A stretch of 64,000 bases of DNA, from positions 9,097 to 73,096 of the forward strand of contig JBPCON010000051.1 of NCBI GenBank assembly GCA_051000215.1, in the 5' to 3' direction. The notes beneath the pieces are model-generated. The model did no database searches. It was not told where the DNA came from and worked only from the letters and a program-made list of their open reading frames with translations. Origin of the DNA: Acidimicrobiales bacterium. GTDB taxonomy: Bacteria; Actinomycetota; Acidimicrobiia; Acidimicrobiales; JACDCH01. Shown here piece after piece: positions 28,460-38,189 of this stretch (position 1 is its first letter; each line of letters opens with the position of its first letter). A program made the translations under genes and the position numbers.

Positions 28460-30232
28460 ATGGCTTGCCGGATCGAGGACTATGCGTTCCTCTCCGATCT
28501 CGAGTCAGGTGCGCTCGTCGGGCGTGACGGCTCGATCGACTGGCTGACGTTCCCCCGGTTCGACTCTTCCGCCTGCTTCGCCGCGTTACTGGGCAACCCA
28601 GAGCACGGCCGCTGGCTTCTCGCTCCGACCGCCGAGCCACGATCGACGAAGCGTCGCTACCGCGATGGCTCGTTGGTGCTCGAGACCGTGTACACCACCG
28701 ACGAGGGTGAGGTCGCGGTGATCGACTGCATGCCGCCTCGCGACGAGCACCTACAAGTGGTGCGCCTGGTCGAAGGCCGGCGAGGGCGGGTCGCGATGCG
28801 GATGGAGCTCGTGATCCGCTTCGACAACGGTTCGATCGTGCCCTGGGTGCGCAACGTCGACGGCGATCTCCTGGCGATCGGCGGCCCAGACTCGCTCCGC
28901 TTGAGCACCCCTGTCGAGGTGACCGGGGCGGACATGACGTCGGTGGCGGCGTTCAGCGTCGGTCCAGGTGATGTCGTGCCGTTCATGTTGAGCTGGTTCC
29001 CCTCACACCAGACCATGCGCCCGGTGCGAGACGCCGAGGAACTGGTGCGCCACTCGGAGAGGTGGTGGGCGGACTGGTCGTCGCAGGGCACCTACCGCGG
29101 ACGCTGGTCGGACGAGGTGTGCGGGTCGTTGACGGTGCTGAAGGGGCTCACCTACGCCCCAACGGGTGGCATCGTGGCGGCGGCGACAACATCGCTTCCG
29201 GAGCAGATCGGCGGCGAACGCAATTGGGACTACCGGTTCTGCTGGTTGCGCGACGCCACCTTCAGCCTCATCGCGCTGCTCGCTGCTGGCTACACCGAAG
29301 AGGCGTCCGCGTGGCGCGACTGGCTCCTTCGCGCTGTCGCAGGCGACCCAGCCGACTTGCAGATCATGTACGGGCTCGCCGGCGAGCGCCGTTTGGCCGA
29401 ATCGGAGCTCAGCTGGCTGCCGGGCTACGAAGGCTCCTTCCCTGTCCGCGCCGGGAACGCAGCGCACGAGCAGTTCCAGCTCGACGTGTACGGCGAGATC
29501 CTCGACGCGCTGCACCATGCCGAGCTTGCCGGCATCGACGGCAGCCGCGCAGCCTGGGAGCTGCAAGCGCACCTGCTCGACTTCCTCGAGGGAGCGTGGC
29601 AGATGCCCGACGAAGGGATCTGGGAGGTGCGCGGGCCGCGCCAGCAGTTCACCCATTCGAAGGTCATGGCCTGGGTCGCCTTCGACCGCGCGGTGCGGAC
29701 GGCCGAGCTGACGGGCTTCGAAGCGCCGGTCGCGCGGTGGCGCGAGAAACGCGACGAGGTACGGCGTTGGGTGCTCGACAACGGAGTCGACGACAGAGGC
29801 GTGTTCGTGCAACGCGCCGGATCGAGCGACCTCGACGCCAGCTTGCTGATGGTCCCCCTCGTCGGCTTCCTACCGGCGACCGACGAGCGCGTCGTGCGCA
29901 CGATCGAGGCGATCGAGCGGGAGCTCACGGTCGACGGCTTCGTGCGCCGCTACGACACGAAGGAGCTCGTCGACGGCCTTCCTCCCGGTGAAGGCGCTTT
30001 CCTGCTGTGCACCTTCTGGCTCGCCGACGCGCAGGCGTCGATCGGGCGAGCAGACGATGCTGTCGCAACCTTCGAGCGGCTCCTCGCGCTGCGAAACGAT
30101 GTGGGGTTGCTCGCTGAGCAGGTCGACCCGGCGACCGGCCGGTTCCTCGGAAACGTCCCCCAGGCCTTCAGCCACACCGCACTGATCAACACCGCCATGC
30201 TCCTCGATGGGACAGGGCTGAGAAGGACCTGA
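28460..30232 (+). CDS. glycoside hydrolase family 15 protein (glucoamylase/trehalase-like)
   Basis: IEDYAFLSDLESGALVGRDGSIDWLTFPRFDSSACFAALLG and WDYRFCWLRDA are GH15 signatures. Confidence 0.9.
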   Translation: MACRIEDYAFLSDLESGALVGRDGSIDWLTFPRFDSSACFAALLGNPEHGRWLLAPTAEPRSTKRRYRDGSLVLETVYTTDEGEVAVIDCMPPRDEHLQVVRLVEGRRGRVAMRMELVIRFDNGSIVPWVRNVDGDLLAIGGPDSLRLSTPVEVTGADMTSVAAFSVGPGDVVPFMLSWFPSHQTMRPVRDAEELVRHSERWWADWSSQGTYRGRWSDEVCGSLTVLKGLTYAPTGGIVAAATTSLPEQIGGERNWDYRFCWLRDATFSLIALLAAGYTEEASAWRDWLLRAVAGDPADLQIMYGLAGERRLAESELSWLPGYEGSFPVRAGNAAHEQFQLDVYGEILDALHHAELAGIDGSRAAWELQAHLLDFLEGAWQMPDEGIWEVRGPRQQFTHSKVMAWVAFDRAVRTAELTGFEAPVARWREKRDEVRRWVLDNGVDDRGVFVQRAGSSDLDASLLMVPLVGFLPATDERVVRTIEAIERELTVDGFVRRYDTKELVDGLPPGEGAFLLCTFWLADAQASIGRADDAVATFERLLALRNDVGLLAEQVDPATGRFLGNVPQAFSHTALINTAMLLDGTGLRRT

Positions 30233-30241
30233 CCAAGGTGT

Positions 30242-31720
30242 TCAGGCCAGGTGGTCGACGAACCCTTCGAGCTGGCGGAGGTTGCGGCACTCGAACACAC
30301 CATCGAGGTGCACCCCGTACTCGCCAACGATGGAGTCGCCAGTGTCCCAGTAGGAGCGCGGCTCGGGGTTGAGCCAGTAGACGTGACGCGCGCGGTGACG
30401 CATCTCCTTCATGATCCACGACTGTGAAGCGTGGTAGTTGTTGCGTGCATCGCCGAGGATGAGCACGGTCGACTTGGGCCCGATCTCCTTGCCCCACCGC
30501 TCCCAGAAGACCTCGAACGCGTGGCCGTAGTCGGAGTGTCCGTCGACCCAGACGACATCGGCTTCGCTGTTGACGCGGTGCACCGCCTCGCCGATGTCCT
30601 CGACGCCATCGAAGAACCTCGTCACCTCGTCGATGCCGTCGATGAACACGAACGACCGGACCTTCGAGAACTGCGCGCCGATCGCATAGACGAGGTGGAG
30701 CGTGAAGCGGGCGAAAGCGGCGACCGAACCGGAAATGTCGGCGATGACGACGATCTCGGGCTTCGTCGGCCTCGGGTACTTGAACTTGGGCTCGGCCGGC
30801 ACCCCGCCGTAGCTGAGCGAGTGGCGCACGGTGTTGCGGAAGTCGAGGGGACCCTTGCGCCCATGGCGCCGCTTCCGGGCGAGGCGCACCGCGAGGCGTC
30901 GAGTCAGCGGGTAGAGCGCCCGACGCAAGAGGGCCATCTCCTCACGCGAAGCGTGCATGAAGTCGATGTCCTCGGGCAACGGCTTGCGCAGCGTGCGGGC
31001 CATCGCCTCCACACCGCGGTCGGCCACGAGACGACGACGGATCTCGGCCTCGATCTCCTTCTTCAGCTGATCGATCCGAATCTGGTACTCGTCCTGCTCG
31101 AGGCGCTCCTCGAGCTGCGTCATGCGCGCCTGCTCACGCTTGTGCTGCATGAGCTTGTCGAGCACCCCGTCCAGATCGAGGTTTCGTAGCGTGCGGTAGA
31201 GGTAGTAGGTGCCCCCCACAGGTCGGCCCGGCTCCATGCCGGCGAAGCGCTTCACTGACTGGCGCGCCACCGCGCGCATGATGGCGGCGTTGCCATCGAG
31301 GAGCGCCTTGTAGAGCATCTCGGCGAGCTCCTCGGGCGTCATCGACTCACTACCGCCTGAGCCGTCGTTGCCCTCACCCTTCTGGCGCAGCTTGTCGAGC
31401 TCGTCCTCGAGCTCACCCAGGTCGAGGTCGCTGAGCTCGTCGCCGACAGCGAACTCCTTGCCGCGCAGCGAGAAGTAGATCTCGAAGACAGTCTCGAAGG
31501 CGCGCCAGTGCGAGTTGTTCTTCACGAGCGTGGCCGCCAGCGCGTACTTGAACGCCTCGCGATCCTCGAGCGGTACATGGCGCACGGCGGCCATCGCGTC
31601 GAGGTTCTCGGTGAGGCTCACCGGCAGGCCAGCCTCGCGCAGCTCCTGTATGAACCCGGCAAGGAGATCGACGATCGGTTGACCGGTCGCGGCGAGGACG
31701 ACCTCGCCCGAGCCACTCAC
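30242..31720 (-). CDS. VWA domain protein, CoxE-like (MoxR partner)
   Basis: The C-terminal VWA domain has the MIDAS motif VVIADISGSV and ILGDARNN. The N-terminal half is helical and acidic. GTG at 31720 overlaps the MoxR stop (GTGA). Confidence 0.85.
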   Translation of the reverse strand: MSGSGEVVLAATGQPIVDLLAGFIQELREAGLPVSLTENLDAMAAVRHVPLEDREAFKYALAATLVKNNSHWRAFETVFEIYFSLRGKEFAVGDELSDLDLGELEDELDKLRQKGEGNDGSGGSESMTPEELAEMLYKALLDGNAAIMRAVARQSVKRFAGMEPGRPVGGTYYLYRTLRNLDLDGVLDKLMQHKREQARMTQLEERLEQDEYQIRIDQLKKEIEAEIRRRLVADRGVEAMARTLRKPLPEDIDFMHASREEMALLRRALYPLTRRLAVRLARKRRHGRKGPLDFRNTVRHSLSYGGVPAEPKFKYPRPTKPEIVVIADISGSVAAFARFTLHLVYAIGAQFSKVRSFVFIDGIDEVTRFFDGVEDIGEAVHRVNSEADVVWVDGHSDYGHAFEVFWERWGKEIGPKSTVLILGDARNNYHASQSWIMKEMRHRARHVYWLNPEPRSYWDTGDSIVGEYGVHLDGVFECRNLRQLEGFVDHLA

Positions 31721-32640
31721 GATGTGGCCGCGACCTTCCACGGCTTGTCGGCCGTGCCCGGACCGTTCGCGCTGAACTCCTTGACAGCCTTGGTGATGTC
31801 GCTCTGGTACTTCAACAAAATGTTGATCGTCTCTGTCGCGTTTTCGGCATCGACCTGTTCGATCCCGAGCAGCATGAGCGTGCGGGCCCAGTCGAGGGTC
31901 TCGGACACGGAGGGCGACTTCTTCAACTCGAGCTGGCGGATGGAGCGCACGATGCGCGCCACCTGCTCGGCGAGGTTCTCGGTGATGTCGGGCACCTTGG
32001 TGAGGACGATCTGCTTCTCGCGCTCGAGATCGGGGTAATCGATGTGCAGGTAGAGGCAACGGCGCTTGAGGGCCTCGCTCAGCTCGCGGGTGTTATTCGA
32101 TGTGAGGAACACGAGCGGGATCTGCTTGGCCGTGACGGTGCCGAGCTCGGGGATCGAGACCTGGTAGTCCGAGAGGATCTCGAGCAGCAAGGCCTCGGTC
32201 TCGACCTCCACGCGGTCGACCTCGTCGATCAGCAACACGACCGGATCCTCCGCTGTGATCGCCTCGAGCAGCGGACGGGTGAGCAGGAACTCGTCGGAGA
32301 AGATGTCGTCCTCGATCTCCTTCCACGTGCCGTCGGCTTCGGCGTTGCGCTGCGCTTGGATGCGCAGGAGCTGCTTCTTGTAGTTCCACTCGTAGAGCGC
32401 CTTCGACTCGTCGAGCCCCTCGTAGCACTGCAGCCGGATGAGTCGAGCTCCGGTCATCTCCGCGACGGACTTCGCCAACTGGGTCTTGCCCGTTCCTGCC
32501 GGGCCCTCGACGAGGATCGGCTTTCCCAGCCGGTCGGCGAGGTAGACGATGCCTGCGATGCCCTCGTCGGAGAGGTAGTCGGCCTTGCGGAGCGAGTCCC
32601 GTACGGCAGGGACGGACTCGAAGCGATAGCTCGTCGGCAT
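31717..32640 (-). CDS. MoxR-family AAA+ ATPase
   Basis: Walker A VEGPAGTGKTQLAK, Walker B VLLIDEVDR, and overall MoxR/CoxD-like sequence of about 307 aa. Confidence 0.9.
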   Translation of the reverse strand: MPTSYRFESVPAVRDSLRKADYLSDEGIAGIVYLADRLGKPILVEGPAGTGKTQLAKSVAEMTGARLIRLQCYEGLDESKALYEWNYKKQLLRIQAQRNAEADGTWKEIEDDIFSDEFLLTRPLLEAITAEDPVVLLIDEVDRVEVETEALLLEILSDYQVSIPELGTVTAKQIPLVFLTSNNTRELSEALKRRCLYLHIDYPDLEREKQIVLTKVPDITENLAEQVARIVRSIRQLELKKSPSVSETLDWARTLMLLGIEQVDAENATETINILLKYQSDITKAVKEFSANGPGTADKPWKVAATS

Positions 32641-32720
32641 CGGCGCAGGCTACCTGCGCGCTTGACCGGGCGGTCAAGATGGTTCGAGCCCGCTCCCGGC
32701 TGGATCGGTACGCTCCGCGG

Positions 32721-33980
<1,260 letters not shown>

Positions 33981-34010
33981 GCGCCCAGGTCTTTCGTTCT
34001 CGTCGAGCGA

Positions 34011-35258
34011 TCAGGGGCGGGTTTGGCCGGTGCCATGGATGACGTACTTCAGGGTGGTGAGCTCGCGAAGCCCCATCGGGCCGCGGGCATGCAGCTTCTG
34101 GGTCGAGATGCCGATCTCGGCGCCCAAGCCGAGCTCCTCGCCGTCGACGAAACGCGTGGAAGCGTTGACCAACACTGCAGCAGCGTCGACCTCGAGGCAG
34201 AAGCGCTCGGCGTTCGCGAGGTCGCTCGTGACGATCGCCTCGGAGTGCCCGGTGCCGTAGCGCGTGATGTGCGCGACGGCCTCGTCGAGTGAATCGACGA
34301 CGCCGACCGCCAGCTTCATGTCGAGGAACTCGCTCGACCAGTCGCCGGCTGCCGCTGCGGAAGCGTCAGGGAGCAGCTTGACGGCACGCTCGTCGCCGAC
34401 GAGCTCGACCCCGGCGAGTGGTTCGCGTAGCCGACCGAGCAGGGCGGCGGCGATGTCGGCGTGCACGAGGAGGGTCTCGGCCGCGTTGCACACCGACGGG
34501 CGTTGGGTTTTCGCGTTGACCACGATCGCGACGGCCATGTCGAGATCGGCGGACGAGTCGACGTAGACGTGACAGTTGCCGTCGCCGTCGATGACATAGG
34601 GCACTGTCGCGTTGTCGAGGACGGAGCGGATGAGCGACGAGCCGCCCCTCGGGATGAGGCAGTCGATGAACTCGCGCTGACGCATGAACTCGACGGCCGC
34701 TTCGTGTGTCACGTCCTCGATCAGCAAGACGGCATCGTCGGGCATCCCGACCTTCGCCAACGCCTCGCGCAGCACCCCGACGATGGCGACGTTGGAGTTG
34801 ATTGCAGCAGAGGAGCCGCGCAGGAACGCCGCGTTCCCCGACTTCAGGCACAAGCCGAACGCGTCGGAGGTCACGTTGGGTCGGTTCTCGTAGATGACCC
34901 CGACGACGCCGAGCGGCACGCGCACTCGCTGCACGCGCAAACCGTTCGGGCGCGTCCAATCGTCGGTGACCTCACCGAGCGGATCCGCGAGGTCGGCGAC
35001 CTTGCGCAGCCCGCCTGCCATGGCGGCGATCCGGCCCGGGTCGAGGCGCAACCGGTCGACGACGGTGGTGGCTGCGCGGAGAGCCTCGGCCCTCGCAACA
35101 TCGACCCGATTCGCGGCAAGAACGTCATCGCTGCGCTCGACGAGCAGCCCAGCCGCTGCGAGCAGAGCCGCATCCTTCACGTCGGTCGCGGCCGTGGCCA
35201 GCACGCGCGACGCACCCTTTGCCCGCCGGCCGAGCTCGGGGATGGAGGCGTCTGCCAC
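34011..35258 (-). CDS. proA: glutamate-5-semialdehyde dehydrogenase
   Basis: Full-length ProA similarity (ANRVDVARAE, VIYENRPNVT, CNAAETLLVH with the catalytic Cys). GTG at 35258. Confidence 0.92.
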   Translation of the reverse strand: MADASIPELGRRAKGASRVLATAATDVKDAALLAAAGLLVERSDDVLAANRVDVARAEALRAATTVVDRLRLDPGRIAAMAGGLRKVADLADPLGEVTDDWTRPNGLRVQRVRVPLGVVGVIYENRPNVTSDAFGLCLKSGNAAFLRGSSAAINSNVAIVGVLREALAKVGMPDDAVLLIEDVTHEAAVEFMRQREFIDCLIPRGGSSLIRSVLDNATVPYVIDGDGNCHVYVDSSADLDMAVAIVVNAKTQRPSVCNAAETLLVHADIAAALLGRLREPLAGVELVGDERAVKLLPDASAAAAGDWSSEFLDMKLAVGVVDSLDEAVAHITRYGTGHSEAIVTSDLANAERFCLEVDAAAVLVNASTRFVDGEELGLGAEIGISTQKLHARGPMGLRELTTLKYVIHGTGQTRP

Positions 35259-35290
35259 GAGCAGAGGGTAATCGGGCAGACTTCGCCTCC

Positions 35291-35881
35291 ATGCCGGCAG
35301 TGCGAGAAGCGGAGAAGACAGATGTGCGCGCCGTGGCGGATGCCCTGACGCTCGCGTTCGCCGACGATCCGCTGATGGGTTACATGCTGCCGCGCGCAGC
35401 AAAGCGCCCGAAACAGATGACATCGTTCTTCCGCAACGACATCCGACGGGCCCTGAGCAAAGGCATCGTCTACACGACCCGAGCCGACGAGATAGCAGGA
35501 GGGGCCATCTGGATCTCGCCTGGCCGGTGGAAGACCGGCGGCGTGGAGCTCATCGGCCAAGTGCCCGTCTTGCTCGCCTTCGGCCGCGACACGCGGCGAG
35601 CGCTCGACGTGCTCGGGCGAGTCGAGAAGATCCACCCGAAGGAGCCGCACTGGTACCTCGCCGTGCTCGGCACGCGGCCGGCGCAGCAGGGCCACGGCAT
35701 CGGCTCCGCGCTCATGCACCCGGTGCTCGACCTCTGCGACAAGGACGGGATCGCTGCCTACCTCGAGTCATCGAAGGAGGCGAACATCCCGTTCTATCGC
35801 CGCCACGGCTTCGAGGTCACCGGCGAGGTCGCGATGAAAGACGGCCCCAGCGTGTGGCCGATGTGGCGCGATCCACGTTGA
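35291..35881 (+). CDS. GNAT family N-acetyltransferase
   Basis: MPAVREAEKTDVRAVADALTLAFADDP..., the acetyl-CoA motif RPAQQGHGIGSALM, and the C-terminal FYRRHGFEV. Confidence 0.8.
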   Translation: MPAVREAEKTDVRAVADALTLAFADDPLMGYMLPRAAKRPKQMTSFFRNDIRRALSKGIVYTTRADEIAGGAIWISPGRWKTGGVELIGQVPVLLAFGRDTRRALDVLGRVEKIHPKEPHWYLAVLGTRPAQQGHGIGSALMHPVLDLCDKDGIAAYLESSKEANIPFYRRHGFEVTGEVAMKDGPSVWPMWRDPR

Positions 35882-37272
35882 GCCCTGGCCTGACCGATCC
35901 GGTCACCGGGTTCATCGACGACGTCGCCGCGGCTCTTGCTGCTGTCGGTGCGGGTGAGCTCAGGTCAGAGGTGGTCCTCGACGCGTTCAACCTCGCGTGC
36001 GGGTTCATCGACGCAGACGATCGCCAGACCGACGACGAGCTGTGGTCACTCGCCGCCGCCTTCGGGGCCGAGCTCGACACGCCGCTCGCAGGCGCGACGC
36101 CAGCGGCACTCCGGACCTCCGGCATCGTCGCCGGTCAGCGCGCCTCGCTCGCGCAGCCCTCACCCCTTTGTCAGCTGCTCGTCGACGCTGACTGCAAGGA
36201 CCGCACGGTGCACAGCCACGTGTACTACCGGGCCGCGATCGACCTCGCGTTCGCGGTTGCCGCGACCGACGCGCACACCTCGACGGACGAGCTCGACACC
36301 ATCGAGCGGTACCGAGGCGTGCTGCTCACCGCAATGGACTCGGCCGGCGTGCCGCGCCCGGGCCAGCTCGACGCCCGGCCGGCGGCTGCGCTGACTGCAC
36401 CCCTGCGGACCGCGACGGCAGTGGGCACGCCGACGGCCACCCCCGATGCTCTGGCCGAGGATCTCGACGTTGTCTTGGCCGAGCTCGACGCGCTCATCGG
36501 CATGGCGAGCGTCAAACGCGAGGTGCGCCGCACGACAGACTTGGCTCGGATCGAGCAGTTGCGAGCGTCGCGCGGCCTGCCTGTCGCGGAGCGCAGTCGC
36601 CATCTGGTCTTCACGGGCAACCCGGGCACAGGCAAGACAACGGTTGCGCGCCTCCTCGCACGCATCTACCACTCCCTGGGCATCGTGCACAGGGGCCACC
36701 TCGTGGAGAGCGACAGGTCGCAGCTCGTGGCTGGTTACGTCGGTCAAACAGCGCCGCTCGTCCGCAAGGCCTTCGACGCCGCCGACGGCGGTGTGCTGCT
36801 CATCGACGAGGCCTATGCCCTCATCCGCGGCGGTCCCAACGACTTCGGCATCGAAGCCATCGACACGATCGTGAAGCTGGTCGAGGACCGGCGCGGCAGC
36901 ATAGTCGTGATCGTCGCTGGCTATCCCGACGAGATGGTCGAGTTCGTCGACGCGAATCCAGGGCTGCGTTCCCGGTTCCCGACGACGATCGAGTTCCCTG
37001 ACTACACCACCGGTGAGCTGGTGGAGATCCTGGACACGCTCGGCACCAGGCCGAGGTATCGATGCGACGGCGACGCTCGCGCCAAGGTCACTGCGTTCTT
37101 CGACGCCCAAGCCCGCGCGAAGGGCTTCGGCAACGGCCGCCTCGCGCGCAACCTGTTCGAGGCTGCCGTCGCGCGTCAGGCCGAGCGCCTGGCTGGCGTG
37201 AAGGATCCGAGCGACGACGAGCTCTGCACGTTGGTGGCCGCCGACATACCGGAAGCAGACGGCGCCCGGTGA
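35878..37272 (+). CDS. AAA+ ATPase of the CbxX/CfxQ-SpoVK type with a TerB-like helical N-terminal domain
   Basis: Walker A FTGNPGTGKTTVAR, Walker B VLLIDEAYAL, and PGLRSRFP. The N-terminal 200 aa carry two acidic D..D....DEL repeats (IDADDRQTDDELWSL and TDAHTSTDELDTI). Start is uncertain: TTG at 35878 overlaps the GNAT stop (TTGA) and an alternative GTG lies at 35971. Confidence 0.85.
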   Translation: MSPGLTDPVTGFIDDVAAALAAVGAGELRSEVVLDAFNLACGFIDADDRQTDDELWSLAAAFGAELDTPLAGATPAALRTSGIVAGQRASLAQPSPLCQLLVDADCKDRTVHSHVYYRAAIDLAFAVAATDAHTSTDELDTIERYRGVLLTAMDSAGVPRPGQLDARPAAALTAPLRTATAVGTPTATPDALAEDLDVVLAELDALIGMASVKREVRRTTDLARIEQLRASRGLPVAERSRHLVFTGNPGTGKTTVARLLARIYHSLGIVHRGHLVESDRSQLVAGYVGQTAPLVRKAFDAADGGVLLIDEAYALIRGGPNDFGIEAIDTIVKLVEDRRGSIVVIVAGYPDEMVEFVDANPGLRSRFPTTIEFPDYTTGELVEILDTLGTRPRYRCDGDARAKVTAFFDAQARAKGFGNGRLARNLFEAAVARQAERLAGVKDPSDDELCTLVAADIPEADGAR

Positions 37273-38183
37273 AGCGGTTCATCGCGCTCGTAGTGGCCGT
37301 GGCGCTCATCGGCGTGTCGCTCTTCATCCGCTCGCGAGTCGACAGCGGCGGCAACGACGCCGGCGGTGGATCCGTCGACCACAACGGGCGCCAGGTCGTC
37401 GTCTGCATCAACGAGTTGGCCGACGCCTGCCAGCGGGCATATGGGGCCACAGCAGACGTGCGCATCGAAGATGCCACGAGCACTGCGCGGACCTTGGCGA
37501 TGGGCGGCGCCGACATCGAAGCGTGGGTCACGTTGCGGGGATGGCCGGAGCTGCTCAGCGCCAAGGGGACGGGCTCCGCGCTCGACGCCTCGGCTGTCGC
37601 CTCCACCCCGCTGGTCATCGCCGGTGTCAAGGAGCGGCTCGCGGCGCTCAGCTGTGCCCCTTCGGGATGGTCGTGCCTGCTGCGCGCTGCCGGCAAGCAG
37701 TGGGGCGAGCTCGGAGGCGATGCTGGCTGGGGCACGGTGAAGATCGGCATCCCGCGAAGCAGCTCAGCTTCTGGGCTGCTGCTCGAGGCGAGCGCGGTCA
37801 CGGGCCTGGCCGGCAGCACCGAGGTCGGCACGAATGACCCCTCCTACACCGAGGCCACAACCTTGCTCCATGGGTCGGCCGTCACGGAGGACGCCGACGC
37901 GTTCGGCGCCTTCGCAGTCCAGCTCCCGGCTCGCTTCTCCGCCGTAGGCGCCCTGCAGGCCGACGTCGCCAACCGATCGGGCACCAAGGCCGACCAGATC
38001 ACGACGCTCACCCTGACGCCAGCAGCCACCGCTACCGCTGTCGTCGTGCGGATCGGCACCGGCCGGCGCATCGACGCGTCGAAACTGGCGAAGCTCCTCA
38101 CCGGCTCGGGGTGGACAAGCCCGGCAGCAGACAGCTCCGGTCTGCCAGACGGCGGCGTGCTGCTCGCGCTCGCTGGGATCTAG
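37269..38183 (+). CDS. TM-anchored extracytoplasmic protein, periplasmic-binding-protein-like, paralogous to the N-terminal half of the next gene
   Basis: GTG at 37269 overlaps the AAA+ stop (GTGA). It has an N-terminal anchor (FIALVVAVALIGVSLFI). By eye it aligns with the downstream protein, for example GWGTVKIGIPRSSSASGLLL against EWGAFRLGKTNPNFSTSGLN. GC3 is high. Confidence 0.65.
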   Translation: MKRFIALVVAVALIGVSLFIRSRVDSGGNDAGGGSVDHNGRQVVVCINELADACQRAYGATADVRIEDATSTARTLAMGGADIEAWVTLRGWPELLSAKGTGSALDASAVASTPLVIAGVKERLAALSCAPSGWSCLLRAAGKQWGELGGDAGWGTVKIGIPRSSSASGLLLEASAVTGLAGSTEVGTNDPSYTEATTLLHGSAVTEDADAFGAFAVQLPARFSAVGALQADVANRSGTKADQITTLTLTPAATATAVVVRIGTGRRIDASKLAKLLTGSGWTSPAADSSGLPDGGVLLALAGI

Positions 38184-38189
38184 ACGAAG

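Noticed and set aside
35527-35877. 5' extension of the AAA+ ORF (start at 35527)
   Set aside because: It overlaps the GNAT gene out of frame and translates to Arg-rich nonsense (MEDRRRGAHRPSARLARLRPRH...).
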